From: Neovahlkampfia damariscottae
Lineage: Eukaryota
Assembly: GCA_016618085.1 (NCBI GenBank)
Contig: JABLTG010000013.1
Coordinates: 124,001 to 188,000, forward strand
Length of the DNA: 64,000 bases
Direction of reading: 5' to 3'
Position numbers and translations under genes: made by a program. The notes under the pieces were generated by a model. That model was given only the letters and a program-made list of their open reading frames with translations. It was not told where the DNA came from and did not search any database. Shown in pieces: positions 45,175 through 56,256 of this stretch; positions within the stretch are counted from its first letter, which is position 1; each line of letters opens with the position of its first letter.

Positions 45175-47181
45175 ATGACATTTGAACAATCAACAAAAAA
45201 GATCAATGACTTTATTGTTTTTGCTGAATTTTCTGAAATAGAAGGAGCTACAATTTTAAATACTTTTCCACCAAAAATAATAGAAAGTTTTGATGGTGAT
45301 GCTTTTATTAAAAGAGTTTTAGCTTCTGATCATACACGTAAAAAGAGTTCATTTATTGAAGGATTTCATGTTGGAAATCAAGATGATACACAAGCATCAA
45401 TAAAACATGGTGAATTCTATTCATTTGTTCATTACCTTTCTTTAAGAGATGTAAGAAATTATTTATTAAAAAATGATACAGTTTGATGCCAGAGGTTATG
45501 TTCGTCCTTTTTGTATGTGTTACTTAACAAAAGACCCAAACAAAGTTATGAATAATTTTGATTTGTTTTTAAAAGGATTTATGAAAATTTCATATACATT
45601 AAAATATGGAAATAATTTGAATTTTTTGTCAGAACTAAAAGAAAATTTTGATAAATTATCAAAAAATGTATCTTTTGAAAAAATGTTTGAAAACTCTGAA
45701 AATTTGAAAAAAGAAACAATAGATCAAGTAGTAAAGGAATTAGAAGAGAAAATTGAACAATTTAAAAAATATGAAGACTATTTTGTAATTTAAAAATTAA
45801 TTTTTCATCCAATTTTTTGATAGAATAATACTTCCGAAGGTTTGAAGAATGTAATTCTAGATACAGTAACAATTAATGATGAATCATTCGAAAATCTTTA
45901 TAAATTTGGTATTTCCACTTGTTCTGATTCTTTAAAAACTCATATTGTAACTTTTTATTTCTTTTAAAATTCATTAGCCAATTTTGTTGAAAGCAATTCA
46001 CAAGTCAAAAGTTATTGGAAATGAGTTGACACCTATTGGTCAATTATGTTCAAGTAATTATATGATTTCAAACAAACAAATTCGAAATTTATTATTATTT
46101 TTTGAAAGACCATCAATTATTATTGAAATGGAGAAAATTGATTTATTTAATGTTTCAGAAGATTCTTTACCTTCAAGTTTATATTTAGGTAAAAGTTTAT
46201 TGACCAATGTCAATTGGGATGAGTAATAAAAATAGAAAAAAGATTAATTTTTTGAAATAAGTTCTGAAAAGACAGAAGATCATTTTGAACATGTTGTAAA
46301 TCATTATCCACTTGAAAATAATTTAATCAAAAGTTTTGTGGTTAATTTATTTCCCAAAGAGACTCAATTTCATGGAAAAGGTATTTTAAAATTGAAGAAC
46401 GAATACTCATTTTTAATTCATATAATCTATTCACTGTTAAAAGGTCGACCTGTTATTATTCATGGATCACCAGAAAATCAAGATCAAATTGCCGATGTTA
46501 TTAATTCATTATCTATTTTTGTTCCGGGAAGGTATTGGATAATGCAAACACCAAATGAAATTGAAAAAGAAACTAATTTACATCTCTTTGATAATCAATC
46601 TTTGGGAATTCAAAATTGGTCAACCAATCCAATCAAAAATTTAGATTTGAATTATATAAAATTGATTGGTTTAAGTAAAAAAGTTCCAATTCCAAAGTCA
46701 ATACTACGATATGTTTCGATTTTTGATTTTGAAAAGAAAATTTTAATGGCACCAAAATATCAAGGAAAAATATTAAATTCCATTTTTGATAGGAAATTTT
46801 TTGAAGAAGAAATTTACTTGTCGAAAATTTTTTTAATATTTTCAGAATTAATGATTAAGGTTTCATTATTTCACAATCAGTCTTTATTTATTTTAAGAGA
46901 AAATGAAAAGAAATTTAATCAATTAGGAGTTGTGAATGATCCAAACTTTTTCAAAACAATCGAAACAGAAAATATGAAACTTTTGAGCATTTTGAATATC
47001 TATAAATCAGATATTGACATAATAATTGTAAGATGAATATTCCCTTAATTCTCCAAATTAGTATTTGACCGAAGTGATGAAAGAACAACAAATGAGGGAC
47101 ATGTTTTTAGAAATCGCGCCTACTGTAAGATTAGATATTAGTTATTGTCAAACTTTTTCAAATGAAAAAAATAAAATCTAA
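45175..47181 (+). CDS. SMCR8: SMCR8-like DENN/folliculin-family protein (multi-exon)
   Basis: DFIVFAEFSEIEG..L.TFP, FVHYLSLRD|FDARGYVRPFCMCY, HIIYSLLKGRPVII. Confidence 0.82.
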
Positions 47182-47227
47182 TTAAATTAACCAATCATCA
47201 GTCTAGAACCTTTCTTTTTCACTCCTT

Positions 47228-48331
47228 ATGCTTCAACTTCTGTTGTTTACTATTTATATTATTTTAGAATTCTTTGGTAATTTGTTTTCAAACATCAGAT
47301 ACATTTTAAAATTATCAAAACCTGTTTGGTACACTTTGTTAGTTTCAAATTTAGGATTTTTTTATTTTGTTTTTTTTAAAACAAACTTTTTTGTGGGCTT
47401 CCTTTCATCATTTATTTATTTCACTCTTATAAATTATTATTTTAATTATGTTGAATCAAAAAGTTCAGAATCACAAAAAGACAAAGTTTGTTTGATAACT
47501 GGTGTTGGTGAAAATGGCATTGGTTATTTCATGGCAAAGAAATATCTTGAATTAGATGGGACTGTTATTTTAGCATGTAGAAATTTAAAAAAAACTGAAA
47601 AAGTGATCGAAAATTTAAAAAAAGAAACAAAAAATGAAAAAATACATCTCTTTGAATTGGATTTGAACTCATTAAATTCTATAAAACAGTTTTCAAAAAA
47701 ATTAAAAGAAAAATTTGATTGTATTGATGTTTTGATCAATAATGCAGGATTGACATGTTCCAGAGATGATAAATCAAAAGATGGTTTTGAGTTATGTCTT
47801 GGTGTCAATTATATTGCATTATATTCATTGACTTTTCAATTATTAGATGTTTTAAAAAAATCAAAAGATGGTAGAATTATAAATACATCTTCAAGTGCTC
47901 ATGAACAAGGTGAAGTTATTTTAGATGATTTTAAAGGGGAAATTACAAATGGTGGATTCACTTCATATTCAAATTCAAAGTTATTTGTCAACATGTTTAC
48001 AAAAGAGTTACAAAATAGATTAGATCTTGAAAAATCGACAGTTTCTGTTTATGCTTTTCATCCTGGTGTAGTTTTTACTGAAATTTGGAAAAAAGGTTAT
48101 CCTTCTTGGCTTTATCCTTTCGTTTCAATATTTCTACAATTAAGAATGATGTCTGCTGAAGTTGGTGCATTATCTGCCAACTATTTAGCGACAAATTCAA
48201 AAGTTCAACAATTTCGTGGAAATTATTTTTTTAAGTGCCAAGTTTGGAATCAAAGTGAACTAGTGAATGATGATAAATTAAGAAAAGAATTGTGGAATAA
48301 AACTGAAAAGATTTATTCAAATCATTTTTAA
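47228..48331 (+). CDS. Short-chain dehydrogenase/reductase (retinol dehydrogenase-like) with N-terminal TMs
   Basis: LITGVGENGIG, VILACRN, DVLINNAG, NTSS, YSNSK, HPGVVFT. Confidence 0.92.
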   Translation: MLQLLLFTIYIILEFFGNLFSNIRYILKLSKPVWYTLLVSNLGFFYFVFFKTNFFVGFLSSFIYFTLINYYFNYVESKSSESQKDKVCLITGVGENGIGYFMAKKYLELDGTVILACRNLKKTEKVIENLKKETKNEKIHLFELDLNSLNSIKQFSKKLKEKFDCIDVLINNAGLTCSRDDKSKDGFELCLGVNYIALYSLTFQLLDVLKKSKDGRIINTSSSAHEQGEVILDDFKGEITNGGFTSYSNSKLFVNMFTKELQNRLDLEKSTVSVYAFHPGVVFTEIWKKGYPSWLYPFVSIFLQLRMMSAEVGALSANYLATNSKVQQFRGNYFFKCQVWNQSELVNDDKLRKELWNKTEKIYSNHF

Positions 48332-48358
48332 AATAAAAATTCAAGTTTTTATTGGAAA

Positions 48359-49738
48359 TTATTTTGCAAAATAAGTATGAAGATATTTTGGTAAAACTTT
48401 TGGATTTTCTCTCAATTCAATTTCTTTTTTATTTTCATTTATAATTTTATTTAATTTTGACAAAATTTTTTCGTTTTCTTTTGGTATTAATTTCATTGAA
48501 TCTTGTAATAATTCAATATCAAAAATTAAAATTTCATATTTTTCAAATAATTCAATTAAATCAAATAAAATTAAATTTAATTTGTTTTTAATTTCCAATT
48601 TACTATTTGTACCAAATGTTTTCTTTAAAAGTAAAATATTTAATTCTTCTTCATTTAATTCTTCTGAATCAAATTTATCAAGAAAATATTCAAATTCAAT
48701 TTGTTCTTGTTCTTTTTTTTCAATTTCTTCTTCTTTTGTTTGATTTAAAGTAACTTTAAAATCATTAGATAAATTTTGTAAAAATGAATTCAATGATGAT
48801 TTTTCAATTTTTTCTTTTTGTTCATTGACAACTTCAAAATTTAATAAATTTTCAATTTCTTTTTCATTTTCAAGTTTAAATAAAAATTGAACAATTGAGT
48901 TATATAATGATCTATACTTTGAATATTTATCTTGATTTAAAAAATTAAATTTTTTAATTTCATTATAAAATTGAATTGTAGAAACAATATCATTGGTATA
49001 AAAATCTTTTCCTCTTTCAAGATATTCTGATTTTTTATAATTTTTTGAATTTGAAAATTGAACTCTATTTATATTATTATCATATTTTAAATCATTCATT
49101 TTTTTTAAATTTGATAATTCTTCAAAATTTTCAGTACCATATTTCCAATTGGTCTTATCTAAACTTGATTTTTGTTCAATAATATCATATGAATTAAATA
49201 ATTCAGTGAGTATTCTTCCATTTAATCTATCTTGAACTGATGTTCTTGTTAAATGTTGTGGTATTTTTCTGTTATTTTCTCTTTGAAACTTTTCAACTTG
49301 TTCAATATTTTCGTATAATTTTGTTAAATCAGTTGGATCAAATTCTTTAAAACTAGGTTCAGGTATATCATCATCTAATGTTTGATAAAGTAATTTTTCT
49401 TCTTTTGATAATTCAGATTGAAATTCTTCTAATTGTTGTTTTTGTGTTGTGTATTCTAAATAATTAATTTTATCTTCATCTGTTTCTGGAAGTTTTGGAA
49501 ATAAATATTTATCTAAAATATTTTCAGTTTTCTTTTCAGTCTCTAAAATAAATTTATCTCTTTTTCTTTGTTTTGTTGCTTGTTCTTTTGAAACATTTTC
49601 AACTTGTGGAGCAACTTCAGATTCTTTTTCAACATATTTTTTTTTATCAAGTGTTTCAAAAGAGAATTTAGGAGCTGTGTTATAATTTTTTTTTAAATTT
49701 TTTGATAATTTTTTGGTGGTTTTGACCAATTTAAACAT
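48359..49738 (-). CDS. Hypothetical protein, probably mitochondrial-targeted
   Basis: Long ORF starting MFKLVKTTKKLSKNLKKNY (presequence-like), charged helical body, GATTGG upstream. Confidence 0.6.
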   Translation of the reverse strand: MFKLVKTTKKLSKNLKKNYNTAPKFSFETLDKKKYVEKESEVAPQVENVSKEQATKQRKRDKFILETEKKTENILDKYLFPKLPETDEDKINYLEYTTQKQQLEEFQSELSKEEKLLYQTLDDDIPEPSFKEFDPTDLTKLYENIEQVEKFQRENNRKIPQHLTRTSVQDRLNGRILTELFNSYDIIEQKSSLDKTNWKYGTENFEELSNLKKMNDLKYDNNINRVQFSNSKNYKKSEYLERGKDFYTNDIVSTIQFYNEIKKFNFLNQDKYSKYRSLYNSIVQFLFKLENEKEIENLLNFEVVNEQKEKIEKSSLNSFLQNLSNDFKVTLNQTKEEEIEKKEQEQIEFEYFLDKFDSEELNEEELNILLLKKTFGTNSKLEIKNKLNLILFDLIELFEKYEILIFDIELLQDSMKLIPKENEKILSKLNKIINENKKEIELRENPKVLPKYLHTYFAK

Positions 49739-49889
49739 TTTCAAATTTTGATTGGTCAATAAAAGAATCTTTTTTACTTCATTTTTATTGGTGAATTAAA
49801 ACTTAGACAAAAAGTGAGAAACTGTAAGCAATTATTTCTTGTGTGTTAACATTTTTAAAAGTAAAATAAAAACTAACTTTAATTAGGAG

Positions 49890-50300
49890 ATGACCAAAAG
49901 TACAAAAACAGTAGAAGAAAAGAAAAAAGTTTTTCGTCCAAAGTAAATTTTATTTTTTTTTTCTAATCAAATTAGACTCCACGTAAACGCTTTAGTTACA
50001 GGATACAGAAGAAATATGGTTAGACAAATCAGACATACTTCAATTTTGAGACTTCAAGGAGTTAAAGAAAGAAAAGATGCTACTTTCTATTTAGGAAAAA
50101 GAGTTGCTTATCTCACAAAAAGTGCAAAAAATACAAAAAACTCTGTACACAAAAGTTTTCAAGGTAGAAGAGTAATCTGGGGTAAAGTAATCAAAACACA
50201 CGGTTCTTCAGGTTCAGTTAAAGTTAAATTCAACCCACAATTACCACCAAGTTCAATTGGAAGAAGAGCTAAAGTCTTTTTATATCCATCAAACATTTAA
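49890..50300 (+). CDS. RPL35A: 60S ribosomal protein L35a (eL33), intron 49943-49975; probable 5'-UTR intron ending 49886
   Basis: LHVNALVTGYRR..TSILRLQGV..FYLGKRVAY..RVIWGKV..THGSSGSVKVKF..LPP..LYPSNI. Confidence 0.96.
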
Positions 50301-50381
50301 AAATTTTTAATTCTTTCATTTTTATTTTGTTTTTTTTATATTCAATTTTTGTTGGTCTGTTACTGTTCATCCAATAGAATC

Positions 50382-52313
50382 ATGAAGAAAAAAACACCAA
50401 CTTTTTCACTGAAGAAACTTGGTACACAAAAAATTCAATCACAAAGTTTCCAACAAGTCAATTCACCACTTCATGACTCAATAATGAATTCATGTTTGAA
50501 AACAAAAAAAAATTAAAAACAGTTCTTTAGTCATAAAAGAAGATATTCAAAAATATTTAGAGTCATACAATAAATTTAAAGCTATTGATGGAAAAGTATC
50601 ATTTGAATTGGATTTTGTAAAGACTATAGGTATTTTTGGTTTAACAGAAACTTTTTCAAAATTTTTTTTTGAAATTCTTTCTTCTCATAAATCACAAACC
50701 TTTGATTTTTATGATTTTATTTCAACTTGTTCAATATTAATAAATGGTGAAAAGGATCAAAGAATGAAATGTAAAAATCTAATTTATAATGAATTAACCT
50801 CTTCAAGTAATTTTTAATTCCATATCTGATAATAATGGATTTTTGATTGTATCAAAATTTATAAAGATTTTAAACTCTTTATTTGAAATACTTTCAGAAT
50901 TAAGTTTAATTGAAGATAGAGTTACAGTTCAAGAAGAGTTTTTCTTAAATTTTCAAAAAATATTTCCAGATGAATCAAAAAAAATTGACTTCGAAGAATA
51001 TAAAACAATTTTACAAAATAATACAGACTTCTTTACGTATTTTGGAATGAATTCTAAAATAAAAAAAAATGAAACTAACGAAAACGAAAAAAACGAAACT
51101 GACGAAAATGAAGAAAAGAATATTAATGACGAAGATGATGACACTGATGTTTCTGAACTAGAGTTTAGAAATTTTAGAGCACAATCAAAAAATGGTGATG
51201 TAGTTGTTATTGGTTCTTCAAATTGGAATTTTTCAATCAATATCATGTTAGGAATACAACTTTCAAATGATATGATAAATTTAGTAAAAAGAGAATTAAA
51301 ACAAAATGATTTTACATTGACAACTACATTTGAATTACCTTTAATTAATGAAGATATATCATCAACTACTTTTACTTCTCATGCTCCAACAGTTTTTAAA
51401 AAAATTAGAAGTATTTTTCAAATTTCAGACAATGATTTATTTAAATCTATCGGTATAAATCAAGTATGACTCTTCTTGTATTTTTTTAATTCTTCAATAG
51501 TTGTTTGGAAATTTTTTATTTGGAAGATTAACTTCTTTTTCGAATAAATCATCAGATGGTAAATCAGGTTCTCATTTTTTTATATCAAATGATTCAAAAT
51601 TTTTAATTAAAACAATATCAAAAAATGAAATTTCTTGTTTAAAAAAAATACTACCATTTTATTATCAAGTAAAAAGAAACAAAAAAATTTAAATTTTTTT
51701 TTATTAAAGCATTTCAGAGAGAATTTTGAATCTTTAATAGTTAGAATTTATGGATGGTATGAAATAGATGATGTACATTTTATTATTATGGGTGGTATAT
51801 TTCAAACAAATATCGATGTTGTTGAATTTTATGATTTAAAAGGTTCAACTGTAGGTAGAACTTCAAAAGGAGCTTTTCCAAAAAAAGATTTAGATATTGA
51901 ACCAAAACGATTTAAATTTCCAATTGACGAAAAATTAAAATGTAAAAAAAAAAAAAAAAAAAAACAATTAATTCTTCTAAAAAGTGGAAAAACAACTTTT
52001 GATTGATACTGAATTCTTAAAAACAATGAAGATTATCGATTATTCTTTATTAATTGGTGTTCATGAAGTTGATAGTTTTTCTTCTGTTGTTGCTTTGACA
52101 AATTGTACAACTCTTAAAAATACGAGCGTAATTATTACAAAATCAGAAATATATTTTCTTGGAATTATAGATATATTAACAATTTATGATGGAGTAAAAT
52201 CAACAGAACATAATTTAAAATCAATTTTGCATGACGGAAATAAAATATCATCTGTACCTCCAACACGTTATCAAGAACGATTTTTAGGATTTTTAGAAAC
52301 TTGTATGGAGTAA
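50382..52313 (+). CDS. Phosphatidylinositol-phosphate kinase (PIP5K) with N-terminal EF-hand-like region (multi-exon)
   Basis: HAPTVFKKIR..F, SDGKSGSHFFISND.KFLIKTI, YDLKGSTVGR, KKDLD, DTEFL..IIDYSLLIG, FLGIIDIL, ISSVPP..YQERF. N-terminal NCS-like EF remnants. Confidence 0.9.
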
Positions 52314-52347
52314 TGATAACATGTACAGTAGTAAAATAAAGAATTTA

Positions 52348-53098
52348 TTAATTTAAACCGTATTTTTCTCTTATACGATTTCTAATCTGTTTTTGACGAT
52401 CTCTTTTTGATTCAATTTCATCATCTTGTTGTTTATTCATTTTATGAGCTGAAGTAATTGATTCTGGATCCCAACGTTGATTTGAAGAATCATCTTCTGT
52501 TGTTATTCTACGAACTTTTATGAGTTCATTTGATTTGAAAATTGAATGAAAAAGAATAACTACACTTGCTATTGATGACGAAGCTCTAAAAGTAGAATGA
52601 GATCCTGAAAAAAATGAAAGAGCAACTGTTACAACTGTCAACTAGAGAAAAAATATTAATAACTTTAGATTTAAAATACAAAAATAGCTACATAGTTTTT
52701 TCGAATTCTTAAATTTATAGCTCTAATATATAAATCACCTGTATGATAAATAAAAAAGAACCACCACATGAATAAAATTACTGAAATGACAACAAGTGCT
52801 ATTGGAGTTGTAAAGCTTGATTTTAGATTTTAAAATAACTCTTACAGACTGAAAAGGGCAACAATTATACCACTTATTATAATATAATTTGTTTGATAAA
52901 ATATTACATTTGTTGTGATTCTGTTTTGTAAATCTTCCAAAGTCCATTTTGGAAATTTAAGGTTTGAAAAAAAACTTCTCCACGGTCTTACAGGACTTAA
53001 TCCTGGTTTTTCTAATCATATTTTTAATTATGTGTTTAATACCCTTTTTTTTGTTTAGTTTTTTTTTGTTTTATTACTTCTTCATGTCCGCTCAACAT
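52348..53098 (-). CDS. PRA1 (prenylated Rab acceptor) family membrane protein; first exon uncertain
   Basis: A frame not shown in the ORF track reads VRPWRSFF..LQNRITTNVIFYQTNYIII. The last exon has VILFHSIFK. Confidence 0.75.
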
Positions 53099-53177
53099 TT
53101 TGATTTAAAAAAATTGAAATGACCAATAATTTTTCGACACGAATAGTTAGTTTATTTTTAAAATTGAATTTTTATTT

Positions 53178-53767
53178 TTATTCTTTTTTAAATTTTAAAG
53201 AGATTGAATTTACACAATGACGTTCATCTGTTGGAGTTTTATAACCTTCTCCTTTAAATACATGTCCTAAATGACCACCACATTCTTTTTGAAAAAACGA
53301 GTTAATCAAATAGGTTACTTACTCTTACACATAATTTCTGTTCTTGTCATACCAAATGTAGTATCTGTTTTTGTTGTCAAAGCACCTGGAATCGAATCAT
53401 AAAAAGCAGGCCATCCACAACCAGATTTGAATTTTAAATCTGATGTATAAAGTGGAGTATCACAACCACCACAATTATAAACACCTTTTCATAAAGTTGA
53501 GTTTTCAGTATTTTTTTTATTACCTTTTTCAAAATGATTGTCATACTCTCCCGTGAAGGCTCTTTCTGTTCCTTTTTCTCTGAGGACTTTAAAAGCTTGA
53601 GGTGAGAGTTTTACTCTCCATTGGTCTTCCGTTAAATTTGTCATCAACTCCGAACCAATAGAATTCTGTTGTTCCGAAGTGTTTTTAAACCTTCGAAAGC
53701 TCTTTGAATTGTTGTTTAATCCAAACTTTTTTTGTTGATTGAGGTTGTGTCTCAAAATTCTGAACAT
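53178..53767 (-). CDS. msrB: Methionine-R-sulfoxide reductase (two introns), with presequence
   Basis: [73 protein letters not shown]. Confidence 0.95.
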
Positions 53768-53881
53768 TGATTCGCTGAAAAAAAAATAAAAAAAAAACTC
53801 TTCAAACTGGTAGAAACAGTTCAAAAATTAAAACAATATCATTAAGTAATAATATAAAAGGAAGGTTTATGTTGTATATAT

Positions 53882-54576
53882 TTAAAAGATCAAAAGTAAT
53901 TTTGGTTGTTTTTTAACAGCAGCTTTGATTTCATCCAAAGTAATTTCACCGTCTCCATTCTCATCCGCAGCTTCCATCAATTTTTTAACTCTTGATGTAA
54001 TAATTTGTTGGAATTTTTCACTGTCAACGTCATGACCAAGTAGTCTGAAAGTATCTTTCATTCCTTTTTCAAGTTCAACAGCAGTCAAATGACCATCACC
54101 ATCTTCGTCGTACAAAAGAAATGTAACTTCAATAATTTTTTCTGGGTCTTGTTCTTTTTGTGTTGGTGCAGTAATAGATAAATATAAAATAAATTCTTCA
54201 AAGGAAATACTTCCACTTCTGTAAAAAAAAAATGAATAAGAATATGGGGTTAAAATGAATTACCTGTCTCTATCATAAGATCGAAAGAGATGTTCTATTG
54301 GAGCATCTTCTTTTAAATCTGGAAATATTCCAATAGCTTGAATCCAACGTCTAAAACCATCTTTATCCATTTCTTTATCACCAAACATTTCTTTCCATAC
54401 TTTATGACTTTAAAAAAACAATTAATTTTTTATAAATTGTGTTACTATTTTTTTATGTCAGCAGAAGAGACTATTCTTGTCAATTTTTAAAAATATTTCT
54501 TACGTCTATCTCCAGCTACCATAGATGCTTTCTTTACTAAATCATCTCCTTTCTTTCCACCTTGTTGATTTCCCAT
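53882..54576 (-). CDS. Myristoylated neuronal-calcium-sensor/calcineurin-B-like EF-hand protein (three introns)
   Basis: Starts MGNQQG; EF loops YDRDRSGSISFEE, YDEDGDGHLTAVE, ADENGDGEITLDE. Confidence 0.88.
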
Positions 54577-54789
54577 GCTCGTTCAAACTATAATTTTCTT
54601 TGCGTTAACTGTTTGGAGTTTTGACCAATGAGGTTGCACACATGTTTTTATTGGTCAACGATAAAATACATAATGTCTCTATTTTTTTGTAGAATTTATT
54701 AACTTCTAGAAAACATACAGTTATTGGGATCTTTTCTTTACTGCTCATTTTCGAGACTAACAAAACAATCCAATCAGATCATTTCCACA

Positions 54790-56209
54790 ATGGATGAAAA
54801 AGTCAACCTCACTAAAGAAATCATGAAAATAGATAAATGTAGTTGGTGTGATAGTGATTATGTGATTGGAATCATTTACAAATCACAAAAAGGTGAAAAA
54901 CAATTGTCTGTTCACTCTTTTTAGAAATAACAGTGACAGACTTGAAATATCGAAACGATTATGATTTCCAACCTTGTTTAGTATTTTGTTCTTCAAAACC
55001 TTTTTCACTTGAGGATATGGAAAAATACAAAGAATTGACCAAAAGTGATTTTGAAAAACTTGTTCCGTCAAAGGATGAAATTCAACCTCTTGTTGTATTA
55101 TTTTCTCACTTTTTTAAATTTCCATAGTATATTATTCCAGATACTCAAGAAGAATCAACCATTAAATCATTGTCAAAAGAACAATTTCTCATAGGAAAAT
55201 ATTTTGGTGTTTATTTTTTTGAATCTTGTTATCCTGATTACTGTAAAAGAAAAATTAATATTAAAATGATAGTTGGTTTTAAATTCACAGGTTATGATTA
55301 TAGTCTCAAAACGACTCATTTAGATGTTGAAAGTAAACACCCCCTTTTTTTTTTAATATACAGATCCATCTTTTTTGAAATTTCAAAAGTACCTTTTTAA
55401 TGAAGAACTTAGTGATTGTATTATAGAAATTTCAAGTCAAGAAATTCCAGTCCATAAATTTATACTTTGTAGTCATTCTGAATATTTTTCAAATTTATTG
55501 GAAAATAAAAATAGAATTAAAATAGATGAAATAGATTTAAACATTTTTAAATTAATACTTGAATATATTTATACTCAACAGTTTTTTTTTTTAAATTTAT
55601 TTTTTTTAATTCTTTAGATTGGATAATGTTGATCCAAAGCAATGGGTGGAAATAATAAAATTATCAAATGAATACAAATTAGAAAAATTAAAAGAAAAAT
55701 CAATTTTCAAGTTCAAATTATCGCTTACTTTACAAGATTTTTTTTATTTTTATGAAGAATATTTTATGAAACAAAAAATGAATTATTTAAAAGATGTCCT
55801 GGTTGAATTTGTAGTAGAAAATTTTGATGATGTTGTAGGACTCAAAAAATTTGCGATAATTCAAAAAGATATTTTGTTGGCAATTATTCGTCGGAAAGTG
55901 AGAGTCGATTCACTTGCTCCTAATCGTAAATCAAAACAACTTGGATTGGAAATAGAAGAATCACTATTAAAATGTGATGACGATGAATTACGTATTTGCA
56001 TGGAATCAGAAAATGATAGCGACAATGCATCATTGGGACTTGATTTTGGTGAAGATATTGATGTTGGTGAAATGGAAACACCAAACCCATTTGATCTAAT
56101 AGATAGTGATGAAGAAAAGAAAACATCATCAGAAACATCTAAAACTCGTGATGTATACAGTGATAGAGAAATTAGCTCAGAAAATTCAGAAAGTTCTGAA
56201 GAAGATTAA
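54790..56209 (+). CDS. BTB/POZ-domain protein (multi-exon)
   Basis: LFNEELSDCIIEI..IPVHKFILCSHSEYF..FKLILEYIYT, BACK-like helices, acidic tail. Confidence 0.8.
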
Positions 56210-56256
56210 TTTCCAGCACAAATAAAAATCTCATTTTTTTTTATTCAACCAATGAA

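Noticed and set aside
51070..51115. Short tandem GAAAC/GAAAAC repeats
   Set aside because: Coding low-complexity NETNENEKNETDENE linker in PIP5K.
52735..52947. ORF-track peptide MDFGRFTKQ...
   Set aside because: Wrong frame; the overlapping frame carries the PRA1 signature (NV.FYQTNY).
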